From: Narcine bancroftii
Taxonomy: Eukaryota
NCBI RefSeq assembly: GCF_036971445.1
Contig: NC_091470.1
Location: forward strand, 51,150,001 to 51,214,000
Length of the DNA: 64,000 nt
Direction of reading: 5' to 3'
Shown here: positions 48,640-62,241 of the stretch, piece by piece
Layout of the letters: the number at the start of each line of letters is the position of its first letter
Position numbering within the stretch: the stretch's first letter is position 1
Made by a program: the position numbers and the translations under genes
Notes under the pieces: generated by a model
The model's input: the letters and a program-made list of their open reading frames with translations, nothing else
Database searches by the model: none
What the model was told of the DNA's origin: nothing

Positions 48640-51600
48640 CCATACCTTGTGAACACACCTCGTAGTTCCTCAGTTGTTTTTTTCCGTTGTCGTTGACTGC
48701 ATTGCCACTTTTATAGGCCATTTGGAGTGTGCATCCACAATAATCAGAAAATTTCCCCCATCAATGGGAAATCAGTGCCATGGTTGTGATTGCTATTTCC
48801 ATGGGTTAGCTTCGGCCTGGGGCGTCTTCAGTTGCATTGCTTGGCAGATGTGACATCTACTCAATGTCACTGTCCATCGATGGCCACCAGACATGCATGC
48901 ATACTTGCCCTTTCATCTGGACTATTCCTGGATGATTAGTGTGGAGCTCTTTTAGCAGGGCCTCTCGCCATTTCTTGGGGATGATTGTTCTTGTTCCCCA
49001 CAGTGGGTAACCTTCTTCAATTGATATTTCATTTTGCCACCTGTAATAAGCTTTCAAATCAGGGGTAATACTTTCATCTTCTGGCCACCCATTTAAGATG
49101 AAGTATAGAATCTTCGACAGTATAGCCTCTTACCATACCTCTTTGCTGACAGCCTTTGCTACAATAGGCAAGGGGTGAAATTGTTCCTGGTTGATCACTG
49201 TGCCTTCCGCTGACCAATTAATGTTCCTTCCGCATGTTCTGTCTCAGGCAGAGATAAGAGCAATAATGCATCCGCATTGACTGACGGACAATGCTTTAGG
49301 TCATAGTCATACGCCGTGACCTTCATCAGCCATCTTTAAATTCTCGCCACTGCTAACACAGGAATGGCTTCCCTGGGGTCTAAGATCGAGTTCATTGGTT
49401 TATTATGTCACTAAAGTAAACTTCTGACCACATAGGTATTGGTGAAATCACTTTATACCAAAGATTATGGCCAGTCCTTCCTTCTCCAGTTGTGCATGGT
49501 TCTGTTCACAGGCCGTCAAGGAGCAGGAAGCATGTGCAGCCAGTTGTTCTCCCTTTTCTGTGACTTGTGACAATACGACACCTCAACCAACAGGTGAAGC
49601 ATCAATGGCAGGGGTCATTTCCTTGTCAGCAGTTTCTTCAAGTGATTGAAAGCTTTGTCGGTTTCCGCATTCCAGCACCATTTCTGGTCTTTTTTAAACA
49701 ATTGGTTGAGTGGGTTGCACAAAGTTGACATATTATGGATGTGCTTTCGATAATGGTTAACCAAATCTAAAAATGATTATAACTCAGATAGAGTCGATGG
49801 GCAAGGTGCACTGACTCCTTCACAGTCAATCGTAAATCCCAAATATGTTACTGAGGATATCATAAATACACACTTGTCTTGATGCAGTTGGACTTTAGCC
49901 TGTTCTAACCTGGCTAGGACTTTTTCCAGGTTTATTAGGTGCTCTGCTTCATCCCAACCCATTATGAAGATGTCATCTAGGTAACATCCAACATTTAGTC
50001 CTTACAATAGTTTGTCTATGACAGCTTGAACTATTACTGGAGCTGATGATATCCAATATGGCATCCTGGAGTAAGTGAACAATCCCAGTTGAGTGTTGAT
50101 AACCACATAATTCCTAGATTTGTAGTCCAATTCAACTTGTGATAAATCCAATTTTGTGAATTTTTTTTCCCACCATTCATAGCTTGAAATAATTCCTCTG
50201 CGCTTGGATGGGATGTCCTGAAACTTGCAGCATGTAGCACATCAATTGACTCAAAGACTTGTTGACTCAAACCAAGGATTTTATTAACAAAAGACTGGAG
50301 CGTAATACATCAAGGTCAACCAGTCCAGACTGACCTGGGTCTGGTTAGGAGCAGTCCTTTATGACCTGCCAGTGGGCGTGGCTACGGCTCTCAGCCAATC
50401 ATTATTACTATATGTAAATATATACAAATATATACATTGGTGATAGTATCCTGTACTATCACACAGTGCTTTGATAATTGTGACCTTATAGTCCCAACAA
50501 ATTAGAATTTCACCGTTGGGTTTTCTGACCGGCACAATAGGAGCTGTCCAGTCGCTGTACTGAAGTTTCTCGAGTATTCCTTCATTTTTTAATCTGTTGA
50601 GTTCCAGTTCAATTTTTTTTATTGCAAAAGGTACCATCTTTGGCTGAAAGATCTTAGGATTGGCTTCCGGTTCATGTTGCAATTTTACCTGGACTCCCTG
50701 AATTTTTCCCAGATCCTTCTCAAAAAGTGACTGATACTTCTGAAGCACCTGCTTCAGCTTTGATTTATTTTTGCCCACAATTTGTACATTCTGACTTGAC
50801 CATAACAATTTCTTTCCAATCCAGTTGGATGTGTGACAACCAATCCCTTCCCAACAAGGTGGGTCCTTTTATATCTACAATGTAAAGGGGTGATCCTTTC
50901 TTTGTCTGTCCCTTACACTTGATGACTACTTTACATTTCCCTTGCACTTCGACTTTCTCTCTGGTAACCGTCTTTAACTCAAGGTCCAACCGTTTCATTT
51001 CAAGTTTGGACAGTAGTTTGTCTTTCAGATCTTTTGACATTAATGGCACAGCTGCCCCTGTGTTGAGTTCCATCTGGACTAGTTTATTGTTAACTTTAAT
51101 ATGAACAAAAATTTCTGACTGGCGATCAACTACACTGCGGGTGTACTTTGCCAATATTCTGTCATCCTTGGAGTCACTTTGGTACTCTGGCTCACTGCTG
51201 GACCTTTAGTCATTTCCCCTAAGTTTTTTTTTATTTTGAAAGATTGTTTTTTATACTTCAATGTTGGAAGATTGCTTTTTACTTTAATTTTTTTCGTCCC
51301 TCAGTGAGCCTCTTTTCCTCTATTTTCTTTCTGTCTTGAACACTTTGACTTGATATGTCCCTCCTTGTCACATAAATAGCACTTGTCCCTTTTGTGATAA
51401 CAAATATCAGGGCTGTGGTTATTCCTACCACAGCAGAAGCATTCTCATTGGTCCATTCTTTTCACCACATGTTCCCCTGTCAATGTTATGATTGGCTCAA
51501 TGCTATTTCATAGACGGACTTTATGTCCAAACATTTCCTGCATAAGAATTGTTGTTGTTTTGGGCCGTTTCCAAAATACTTCCAAAACTACATGTCACTG

Positions 51601-51700
51601 GCAACTTAAGCAATTCTGCAAACTATTGGCTCACCATTTCGCCTGTCTTTTGCTTTCAGGTGTAGAATTTGCATCTTCCCGCAATCACCCCTGATTTTGG
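48640..51700 (-). mobile_element. Gypsy/Ty3 internal remnant (gag knuckle, protease, RT, RNase H, integrase)
   Basis: Minus strand shows CCHC knuckles near 51340-51445, MELNTGAAV (protease), YSDWTAPIVPVRKPNG and YLDDI (RT), ELHTNHPGIV.MK..VWWP and IIVDAHSKWP (integrase). Confidence 0.9.
50233..50463 (-). mobile_element. Solo LTR nested in the Gypsy RT region
   Basis: Reverse-complement homolog of 19477-19707 with TG...CA ends. Flanks cagca/cagtg. Confidence 0.88.
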
Positions 51701-51970
51701 AAAGTTGTTTCCACTGACAGATGAGACTAAAACTAGAAGACATTGCCTCAAGGTTCGGTGGAGTAGATTTGGGAAGAAGGTGAGGAGGAACTTCTTTTAT
51801 TTTCTCAGATACTAGTGAATCTGTGGAATTCTCTGCCCAACCAAGCAGTAGAGACTATTTCATTAAAAATATTTAAAACTCTGTTAGATAGATTTTTTCA
51901 TCAATACATGTTATGGGGAAAAGGCAGGTATGTGGACCTGAGTCCACAGCCAGGTCATCCACGATTGTTA
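51700..51970 (+). mobile_element. CR1 LINE 3' end, decayed
   Basis: VNLWNSLP..AVE..SL.IFK..LDRF and a 3' UTR similar to 26460-26540. Confidence 0.8.
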
Positions 51971-54334
51971 TCATCCTCGTTTGCTTTGTCAGTTTAGGAG
52001 TTGAAGCAGAAGACAATGTGACCTTAAATAATACTGGCATCTACAAAATATTTGATCCACTTCTACGGACTTTGCTATATTCTAAAAAAGAGCTCATGGC
52101 TGGTGGTTTAAACTGAAACACAACTAAGTGACAAATTGTGGATGCCTGATCAGTGAGAAAAACCTGCCTGATTACCCTGGCAGCCTGGTTCTTGTAAGGT
52201 ATCTCCTTTACAGTGTGTTGACATTGGCAACAATAGCTATAAAACATCTGTGTACTAGAATTTGGAAGTAATCAGCGTAATTAACAAATGTTGCGCATAG
52301 TGTTAGACCCTGGTTGTAATGGTTGCACCATTCATTGTGCTATAATGCTATCCAAAATTCAAATCAAATATGATTCCTGTTCCAAATCAAAGAATTAGGC
52401 TTTGCTTCATTTCTGTGAAAGTTTGAGGCAATTAAATATTACCATTCTAATGAATATTTCAATGTACTTTAAGCCGGGATAGATGATTGCTGGCTGATTA
52501 GAACATGAAACACTGCCTTGTCCTTTAATCTACTGCAAATTCTCGATTGCTATGTATTGCAAACTGGCTTCCTCATTATTACCATTAGTGGGGGACACAA
52601 ATAATATTTTTTCCAAATATCTTGATGAAATTTTTTACAGAAGTTCTCTTTGAACAGAAACGTTCTCTTCATTATATGTACTGGCAGCATGCTGTCATGG
52701 ATGGAGGCCACTACACAAATGGAAACAAATGCTGTCTTATTTGCCTTGTGTGGCCAAGCTACTGTGACACATTAATGCCAATGTCTGATGAATTCAGTCT
52801 GCATTTCTCTTTACTGACTCAGTTCATTCTTTCTCTAGTTGGGCATTTTAATTTTTCTCTTCATCCTGATATACTCACCCCTTCTCTTGATATCATTCAC
52901 CTGATTTTTTAAAAATTTACCTTTTCACTCTGCTGCAAAGAATATCAGTTTGCTTTCTAGGCTTTAGAATAAGGTTGTTAAACTTAATTCCATGAGATGT
53001 TCATTACTTAACCTCCTTCACGTAAACACCTCATTTTCTGCATACTTGATAAGTAAGTCTTCAGACCGCATGGTGATTACCCAGAATGAATTCCTTTGCA
53101 TTTCATTTGGTTTATATATTCTTTCAGTATTTAATGTTTCTCATTCGTCTGTTAGTTTCTATCTTTGCAAATACGCTGGTTACAAAATATCCCCTCTGTT
53201 GTATGCCAGCTGACTTGTCCTTCAAAACATCTGAAAGGGAAGTTTACTTTTGTAAGCAGTACTGTTAAACTTCTTTGAAATTGACATGGAAATGTGTAAC
53301 CACTATCCTTTGCATCATAAACACATTTTTGTTGTAATTAAGGTTCTCTCTAAGCCATAAAATAAATTACTTTCCAAACTGTTCAACTCTTTCATACATA
53401 ATCTAAGGCAGTAGTGAATTAGATATGGCCAACAATTATGTATCTAAGACAGCAATGAACCTTTCTGACTAATTTATGGAAATTTTATGCAATTGAGCCA
53501 CCAGCATGTTAATCTGGTTGAAAGTAAGTGGTGCAGATTTCTAAGGCTGCTATATTGATGAGCCATACATCATGTAGATTACTAAAAACACTTCAAACTT
53601 TTACTTTCGAAGTGATGGATTAAATTTCATAAGATCAGGGTAGATATGGATGGTGTTAGAGGGTTGAACTTATTCATCATCTCAATTATTAAAAGTGGTT
53701 TCACTAACATCATATTCCCAGATCATATTTCATAATCACATCCCCAACTGGCAATGAAAGCACAGTCAAGGCAGCGAATGCTAAAATGTAGAAAGTGTTT
53801 TGTTTGATTTATTACTGGCTAGCCCATGTATTCACTTCAGCTCCTTAATCATTAAAGCTTCCTATTTTTAAATCTGCTGTCTCTTTGTTTAAATAATTTT
53901 ATGACCCACATGTGGTTCTTCAGACAATGTGATTTTGCTTTCTTCAACTTTTTTCCTTTGAACCATCTCAGGAAATCCAGGTTATTACCTCAAAGCAATG
54001 TCTGAGATTGAATTATCTGCCATGGTTTGGACCAAAGAATCATGCACTAAAACTGGTGACTTTCCTGGAAACTGGGTCTATCACAGCAATGTGGTAGTTG
54101 AATAAGTTGGACAAAAGAAACTATGGAGTATATAAGTTCAGTCATCGACACAGTATGACATTGTACGGCATGCAGACCATGTGTAACATGTTGGATTACT
54201 CCCTCTAGCATGACCTGAGGTTTCCAGCATGGTCACATATGATGGGATTGAACTGGGACCAAGAGCTTCAGTTAGGATTGAGGAGAGAAGATTGATATAC
54301 AGTTAGGAGCAATTAAACTCGGCAACTCAATCTC

Positions 54335-55125
54335 TCCTCAGAGGCTAACCCCCCTCATCTCTGGAATCAATGTGGGGAACCTCCTCTGTACTGCCTCCAA
54401 ACCCAGTACAACCATGGGATGGCACGGTTAGTGTAGCAGTTAGCACAATGCTGTTACAGCACCATTGATTGGGATCCAGGGTTTGAATCCTGCACTGTCT
54501 GTAAGGAATTTGCATGTTCTTCCTGTGTCTGCATGTGTTTCCTCCAGGTGCTCCGGTTTCCTCCTACCCATCAAAATGTATGGGGGTTGTAGGTCAATTG
54601 GGTGTAATTGGGCAGCAAGACCCATGAGCCGAGAGGGCCAGTAACTATAATGCATATCTAAATTTAAAATAAAACATTTAAAAAATTAAAAATCCTTCCT
54701 CAAGTAAGGAGACCAGAACTGCTTGCAGTGCTACAGATGTGGCCCCACCATTAACTTATACAGTTGCAGCATAACCTTCCTGTTCCTAAATTCAATCCCT
54801 CTAGCAATGAAGGCTAACATTCTATTTGCCCTCTTGACAACCTGCTGCACCCACAAACTAACCTTTTGCAATTCATGCACAAGCACTCCTAAGTTCTTCT
54901 GCATGGCAGCATGCTGCAATCACTTGTAATTTAGATAATAATCTGATCTTCATTTTTCCTTTTAAAGTGGATAACCTCACATTTACCAACATTGTATTCC
55001 ATCTGCCAGACCCTTGCCCACTCACTTAAGACTTTCCGTATCCTCTGCACAATTCGATTTGCCATTCAATTTAGTGTCATCAGCAAGTTTGATACTCTAC
55101 ACTCTATCCCTTCATTAATGAACAT
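54335..55125 (-). mobile_element. CR1 LINE fragment interrupted by a SINE
   Basis: QKNLGVLVHE..KVS..VQQVVKRANRMLAFIARGIEFR..VMLQLYK.MV.PHL. Confidence 0.85.
54415..54690 (+). mobile_element. tRNA-derived HE1/V-SINE
   Basis: ggcacggttagtgtagcagttagc head, B-box-like gggtttgaatcct, V-domain and AT-rich tail. Confidence 0.85.
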
Positions 55126-55959
55126 GAGATTCAGCCTTTGTTCTGAACGTGATGGAAATTTCATTTATTTCTTTCAGTTATGTAGCCACATTACCACAAT
55201 AATGTGGATTGTTCATTGCTCAGGTTAATAGGTTCCAATCTTTCCAAATTTACAGCAAAGGCATTAGTGACCAATTAGCCTGGTGTTTGTTCAGTTTTCT
55301 TATAATTTTTCTGGCAGCATAATTTTGCAACATTGTTAAGAACCTATGACACCAAGACAAAGGAAAAATTGGTCCCTAAGAGCTCTTATAAAACTACAGT
55401 TTACATTTTTAACAGCTTGGATCTTCAGCAAAACAAAAATCTGAGAGCCAGAGGTTCATTAAAGTCACAATTCAACATTATGCCACAGAGATCCTTCTGT
55501 AGATGTGATTATTAATATTATAATATAAAAAATCTCTCTTCTGAATATGTATTGTCTAGGTCCTGCTGAGCATATATCCTGAGGTCTGCAACACCATTGT
55601 TGTTCAAAAAGAGATCATCACTTAATTCACCTTTGCAAATCCTCCTCAACCAACCCAGTGGAAGTTAATGGAGGCAATGGACATCTCTTTATCTTTTTTA
55701 ATCAAATTAACCTCCATTAACTTCATAGAGGACCAGAAAGAAATGATTAATCAAGCTGAAATGAAATACTGTGATTGTTTTGTCTTGCTCTGTCATAAGT
55801 AATAAGTAGTGAAAGATTTATGTGAAATTAGCAACTGAGGAAGGCTGTAAGCCCAGAAGGCATGTGCTGCCAAGGTGAGTATAAATGAGAGAAGAAAGCA
55901 AAATCTCCAACCTTTGAAGATATTCCTAAAAAAAATCTTTGGGATACTCCAAAAAATAG

Positions 55960-56580
55960 CCAAGAAATTCAAAACCATCCAGGATAAAGTGGCTGGCTGA
56001 AGCAATTCCCCATCTGCCACCTAAAATATTCACTCCCATTCAGCAGCAAAATGTTTGCATTGCCTTCCATTCAAAAGATCCCAATCACCAGCTCAACACT
56101 TACCCAGCCCATGACCTCCATTCTTAAAATGCAGGCCACCCTCTAATGAAAGTCATATTGCCACCCAGAGTCACATGCTATCCAGATTTGGAAATATCTC
56201 ACTATTGCTTCATCATTGTCTCAAAGTCCTGGAGGAGCCTTATCCAACCACTTTGTGAGAAACACAAAAGGCGCAAATGCTGGAATCTTGACAAACCATG
56301 ATATGCCGGAGGGGTTCAGTTGGTCAGGCAGCATTCATGAAAGAAATGGTTAGTCAAGTCAATGCTTGGGGTCAGGACCCTTTTTCCGCTAGTTTATCAC
56401 AGGATTCAAAAAGGTGGTTCCAAAAGAAATGGTTAGTCAAGTCAATGCTTGGGGTCAGGACCCTTTTTCCGCTAGTTTATCACAGGATTCAAAAAGGTGG
56501 TTCCAAAGATAATTGGCAGATGAGCAATACATGCTGGCCTGGCAAAAGCCATAGGTCCAGAATTAAACAAAACAAAATAA
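55960..56580 (+). mobile_element. Old CR1/L2-like LINE 3' end interrupted by a Penelope-like terminus
   Basis: accatccaggataaag...atccagatttggaaatat...aaagtcctgg and the tail gcaatacatgctggcctggc resemble a common chondrichthyan LINE end, recognised by eye. Confidence 0.45.
56340..56507. repeat. Perfect 83-bp tandem duplication
   Basis: aagaaatggttagtcaagtc...aaggtggttccaa starts at 56341 and again at 56424. Confidence 0.97.
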
Positions 56581-56598
56581 TAAAGGGAGGAAAGAAGG

Positions 56599-57314
56599 TG
56601 TCCTGGGTAAACTTATACCTCTCATTTTGTTCGTTTTAGATTGGTCACAGTGTTTGAGCTACCGAAAGAAAATAGACACACACACCGAGAGCAGTTCAGT
56701 TCATACAAATGTTTATTACAAATCCGAAAGCTGATTTCACAACTACAATATGCAAGCCATTCCCAACTATACTTATCAACGCTTGGACTGGTCCCAACTG
56801 CCGAAGCGAGGCAACGACTACACACTTGTAGTTGGTTGTCAGGGCGCGGTAGCAACTTCTCCACCTCCCCCGACCGGGACGTTGGCTGGACTCCAGAAGT
56901 TCTTCTTCTTGCTGAGAGATGTTGCCACCTCTCGGAGAGTCTCAAACTTCAGCAGCGGAACCATGGCTTAGATTAAAAACTGCTTACCCAAGCACCTATT
57001 CCCAGCACAGCAAGAAAGATAAGCGAGCAAGCTAGCATGCTAGGCTTCTAACGAATAACATAATTTTCAGCTTATCACTTTGAATACAATGGTTTATTTT
57101 GCATCAAGGCTAGGCCTCTGACAGTCTGTGACCAAAACAAGCAGGAAGATTAAATGTTCTTGGTACACAGATGTCCTTTCGTCAGATAACAGCATCTCTG
57201 GTCCCTTGGTGGAATTTAGCTTATGTCTGCTGATTCTAAAAGACAAGCAGGTTCTCAGCCTTGCAGAACCCAGAGCTGCAAGTTTAAAAAAACAGGTTAG
57301 AATCTTCCATTACA
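56599..57314 (-). mobile_element. Probable solo LTR (~0.7 kb, possibly ERV-type)
   Basis: TGT...ACA ends, minus-strand AATAAA at 56712-56717 about 115 bp from the end, and more CpG than the flanks. The TSD is not cleanly resolved. Confidence 0.5.
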
Positions 57315-58629
57315 GGTGGACATTTTCTGAAGGAGCTGTGAAGCATGACAGAGAGAGACCATATTGGTATTGGTAAGATGCCTTGTTGACCTTTGGCAGT
57401 TGGAGTGCAGAAGTAAGCTGGATATTTTTATTTGGCCTGATATTTTGACCATCTTCCTTCAGCTGATATTGTTCAAATGCAGTTATTTTCTTTTTATTTA
57501 TTGTATTTTTATTTTTATTTAATCCAAGTGCAGCACTAGCTTCAAAGCCCATTCTTCTATAAACTGAAGAGAGAAAGCACTTTAAAAAAATATTCAATCT
57601 TCAAATCCATAATACGAATGTTCTACTTTCATCTCATTAAATGTAATTAGAGATTCTTCATCCACTGATGAGTACTGAAATTGTGTAATGAAAATCTCAG
57701 TTACATTATTTAGTTGCATAATGACCAATGAATGTATTTGCAAAAATCTGTGCAGAAAATTTGTCAGTATGACAAGTAATTTTCATACTTGTGTGATGTT
57801 GCCATCTAAAGCATGTACGATATAATGACGGCGTGAATCCCATCATGAAAGAAAGTTCAATTAGGATAGATGACTTCAGAATTTATTTAATTCTTACAGA
57901 GCCTAGGAAATACTGACCAAGGCATTTTTCCTCTTTTCCTTGTCTCTTCTCCTGAGGGTCAGAGTATCTCTTATTGAATTTATCACTGTGTCATCGCTAT
58001 ATATGCACTCTTAAAAAATCACAATCTCACCTGTATACATTACTCCAATTATAGATAGAGTGCCCCAGTCGAACACCTCCCCACCACTGAAATTATGGAG
58101 AGGTTATGTCCTTAATCAATCAATAGTATTACCAGTGACCATTTAATGTTGAAAATATCAGTCTTTAGTTGGAGATTAGCTTTCATGCTTTCCATCAAAT
58201 GTACACTTTTTAATCTTTCGCTTCATTGTTGGACAGTCGGTTTTATGTTTCTCCATAATACTGTAACCATCTTGTTTGTGATCAACAGCAAAACCCCAAC
58301 CCCCAAGTTGTGAGGGTTCACCCTCTTGAAGGATGTTCTGACATTGGCCTCAGAGACAGATATCAAAGGGTTGCCAGCTTCTGCAGGGATTTTCATTTGT
58401 ACCTTTGAATTCTCCTTTTCAAAGTGAGCATTAAAACTTTTCAAAGTTGGCTTGTTCCAGTTACGAGCTTAATGTTTATTTTTCATGCATGAGCTGCAAT
58501 GGTAAAGCTCTGAGTTTAACTCTACATACCCTACAAGAATAAAAAAGGTTAAAAAAACAATGTGCTCATTTGTTCCTGCCACTGTTCTATCCATGCTTTG
58601 AGAGGGAATCTAAGGTACAAGAATACACT

Positions 58630-60132
58630 GCAAAGATGGCACCTTACAGCGGCAACACTTTGCGTGCAGCTCCAATGCAAATGATCAGATATTCCTGTTT
58701 AGAACAACTACAGGTTGAACCCACACCCACATATGCAAGTAACATTGTATTAAGTATATTGGAAGATTTAGTGAGTATTGGAAATGGCAAACTCCGGTGG
58801 ACAAAGAGCCATTCAAGCAGCTAGCACACAGGCCCTTTAAGGAAGCAGAGGTGGGGGGGGGGGGCTACAGATTATAGTAAAACACTGGGTCTTGAGGCCT
58901 CCGCTTCCTATCCCAACGTATAATCTTTAGAAAATAAACTGGATGAACTGAGCCAGACTACAGCAGCAGAGGGACACAAGGTGTGAGTGGTTCACTGAGA
59001 GCATTCTGGCTACAGCATTGCAGCCCAGCGGCTTCACATTCCACCACGCGGACCGCACATCAGCATTAGGTAAAGGTAGAGGCAGCAGTATTTGTTTCAT
59101 CTTCAATTCATCATGGTGGATAAATATGACAGCAATGTCCTAGTACTGCTCTCTGACCTAGGATATCTGGTGATCAAGCGTCGCTTATTCTATCTGCCAA
59201 GGGAGTTCTCCACCGTCATCCTGGTCATTATGTACATTCCTCCCCAGGCTAACATCAGGCTGGCACTGTGGGGTGGGGGGGGGGGGAAGGGGGATGCTGA
59301 GAACTGAAATCAGCAGCCATGAGACAGCACTCCCTATAATGCCTTCCTGATCATTGTGGTAGACTTCAACCAGGCCAGCCTGAAGAAGTCTCTGACAAAC
59401 TATCACCAACATATTACCTGTGCAACCAAAGAAGCTAACATGCTTGACCACTGCAACATCACCATGAAGAACACCTACCAATCTATCCCCATCCCATGCC
59501 TGGACTTAGGCAAGTCTGATCACCTGGCTGTACTTCTACTCCCAGCATACAAGTAGAGATGAGGACTATTGCACCAGTGTTGAAGGCAGTGAAAGTATGG
59601 TCGAGGGAGGCCAAGGAGTTTCTGCAGGATGTTTTGAATTTGGTGGACTGGACCATATTTCAGGATTCATCTCGTAACTTGAATGAATATGCCTTTGCTG
59701 TCACCGAATTCATCATGACCTGCGTGGATAAGTGTGTGTCCATGCATACATACCATGAGTACCCTAACCAAAAGCTATAGATGAATCAAAGGATTCACAA
59801 CCTACTGAGGGCTAGGTTGATGGCATTATAGACTGGTGATCCAAATCTCTGCAAGAATTCCAGGTATGACCGATGGAAAGCTATCTTAACAGCAAACAAT
59901 GAATTCCAAGTGAAGCTAGAGACAGAATCAGATGTTCACTTACTATGGCAGGGCTTACAGGCCACTACATCCCACAAGGCAAGGCCTAAAATTGTAAATT
60001 ATTGTGATTCTTCACTCCACAATGAGCTGAACACCTATTATGCTCACTTTAAAAAAGGAGAATTCAAAGGTACCAATGAAAATCCCTGCAGAAGCTGGCG
60101 ATCCTTTGATATCTGTCTCTGAGGCCAATGTC
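58630..60132 (+). mobile_element. Rex1/Babar-type LINE 5' half (APE endonuclease region), decayed
   Basis: aagatggc head, FYLPREFS.VIL..YIPP.A, DFNQA.LK, LDHC, LGKSDHLAVLLLPAY and LWQGL. Confidence 0.85.
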
Positions 60133-60141
60133 CTCAATAGT

Positions 60142-60615
60142 CCATAAGACCAGAAGTCCATAGGATATTGGGAGGATAAATAGGCCATTCTATCCATCGA
60201 GTCCACTCTGCCATTCCATCTTGAGCTAATCCATTCTCCTACAGCTCTACTCCTCTGCCTTTCCCTCATAACCCTTGATATCCTATCTATTCAGATGCCT
60301 ATCAATCTCTGCCTTAAATACACCCAATGACTTGGCCTCCACAGCCGCTTGTTTTATCAATTTCCAGAGGTTCACCACTCACTAGCTAAAGAAATCCCTC
60401 CACATCTCTGTTTTAAGTGGGTGCCCTTCAATCCTGAAGCTTTGCCCTCTTATTCCAGATACCTCTAGCATGGGAAATATTTTTGCCACATCTACTCGGT
60501 CAAGGCCTATCAACATTCAACATGCTTTTAAGAGGTCCTCGCCTTATCCTTCTGACTCAAAGACCTACTGTCCTAGATCCATCAAATGTTTCTCATGTGC
60601 TAATCCCTTCATTCA
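60142..60615 (-). mobile_element. CR1 LINE 3' end
   Basis: Starts with the reversed tail ccataagacc, then CR1 C-terminal sequence (VVNLWK, MFP.L..S...G). Confidence 0.8.
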
Positions 60616-62241
60616 ATCTCTTCCCCATTCAACCTGGAAATTTGGAAGTGTGGTAGCTTCCTTTACACTGCATTTAGTTACCCAAAATTTACCAGACACT
60701 ATCTTTCATCAACAGAACATGCCACCATTTACATCTTGTGTTGACAGGGCAATGTGCTTAAAGTTTCTGCAACGTAATGCTAAACATATTTTTTTCTTTT
60801 CTTGTAACAATTGTCTCATAACTAGCCCTCCCAGAATGTAGCATTCTTCTGTGAACCAGGTTCATAGCCCCCCTTGCCTGAGCAGTGTTGGTATAGCCAT
60901 GCTCTGAAGTTGACAGGGATCATTGTTGCTCATAAAGCAGGAAAGGTGAGGTAAAGGTTCAGGTGTTTTATCAGATCTGAGGGCTCCTTGCAATGTGGTT
61001 AATAGGAATTTTATTTAATTCACACACTGGATATGAACATCTCTGACAAGTCTGGCTTTCTCTCATCCATCCAGACATTGAAATAATAGTCAGTTTTGGC
61101 AGACTACGTGATAAATTGTGACGTTTGATAGGGAATCCTGAGATCTTGACTTGACAACGGTCTTGAGTTGAAAACAACCAGCTGGAGGAAGCCCGACAGG
61201 TCAAGCAGCATCTTTAGATGGAAGTGGGCAGCAGACAATTCAGAAATGACTGACCCATTGAGTTCCTCTGGTAGTTTGTTTTTTTTTGCTCGAGGTTCTA
61301 GCATCTGCAATCTCATGTGCCCGCAGTCAACAATTTTGAATTACGTGACCTGTTGTGAATCCATTCCATTTGACATGGTGGAAGTAGTGAAACACCTTAA
61401 TTTTCTCAATGTAAAGACATGACCAGGATCCCAAAGCGACTTTGAGGCAACTACTCCAATAATGCCATAATGATCAGCTGCAACTACAACAGGCAGATTG
61501 TTGGGTTCAAGATGAAGCATGATTTACCTAATAATGGTCCTCTCACACCAGATTGTAATTATGCTGTTCAGGACTCAGTCAGCTTGGTCAATCATAATTG
61601 TCATCAAGTCTTCCTTGATTTAATGAAGGCTATCACTAAGAACTTTTTTGGCAGATATTGTTGCTAGGGATACATAATGATACCAGATGTGTACAATGCT
61701 GGTTTTGATATCAAATGCACAAAATTGTGCCATTGACACCGATCCAAAAGCACCCACTAAAGACTGCCTGGAAACAAGTATGTCAGGATACTGCTTGCAG
61801 AAGGAACAGGGTGAACCTTACACTTTGGTTCAGTCCTCAGAACTGTATGATCAATAGCTTGCAAGATCAACTTTGCTGGATGTACCTCTACTGTTTTCAA
61901 ATCTATTTCAAATCAAATGCAAGTTAGTTTGTCAGGTTTTAATCTTGTTCCACTTTATTGTGCAAGTTTGCTACAACTGCATGGCCTAATTAGCCATATT
62001 AAGGGTGATTCGGAGTTATGTGTCTGGATATTCCAGGATAGCTCCATTTCCTTCCGTTTGGAGGAATTACTGAATCAAATGGATTGTACGGCAAGGCAAC
62101 TGATTCTAACTCTGACTCCTGATTCACTAAGTCAACTGAATTTAAATTCTCCAGCTGCTTTGGAGGGATTTTATCGCAACCCTCTGGAGCATTTCCCCCT
62201 GCCTCTGCATTATGAAACCAGTCACCTAGCCATGGTGCTAC

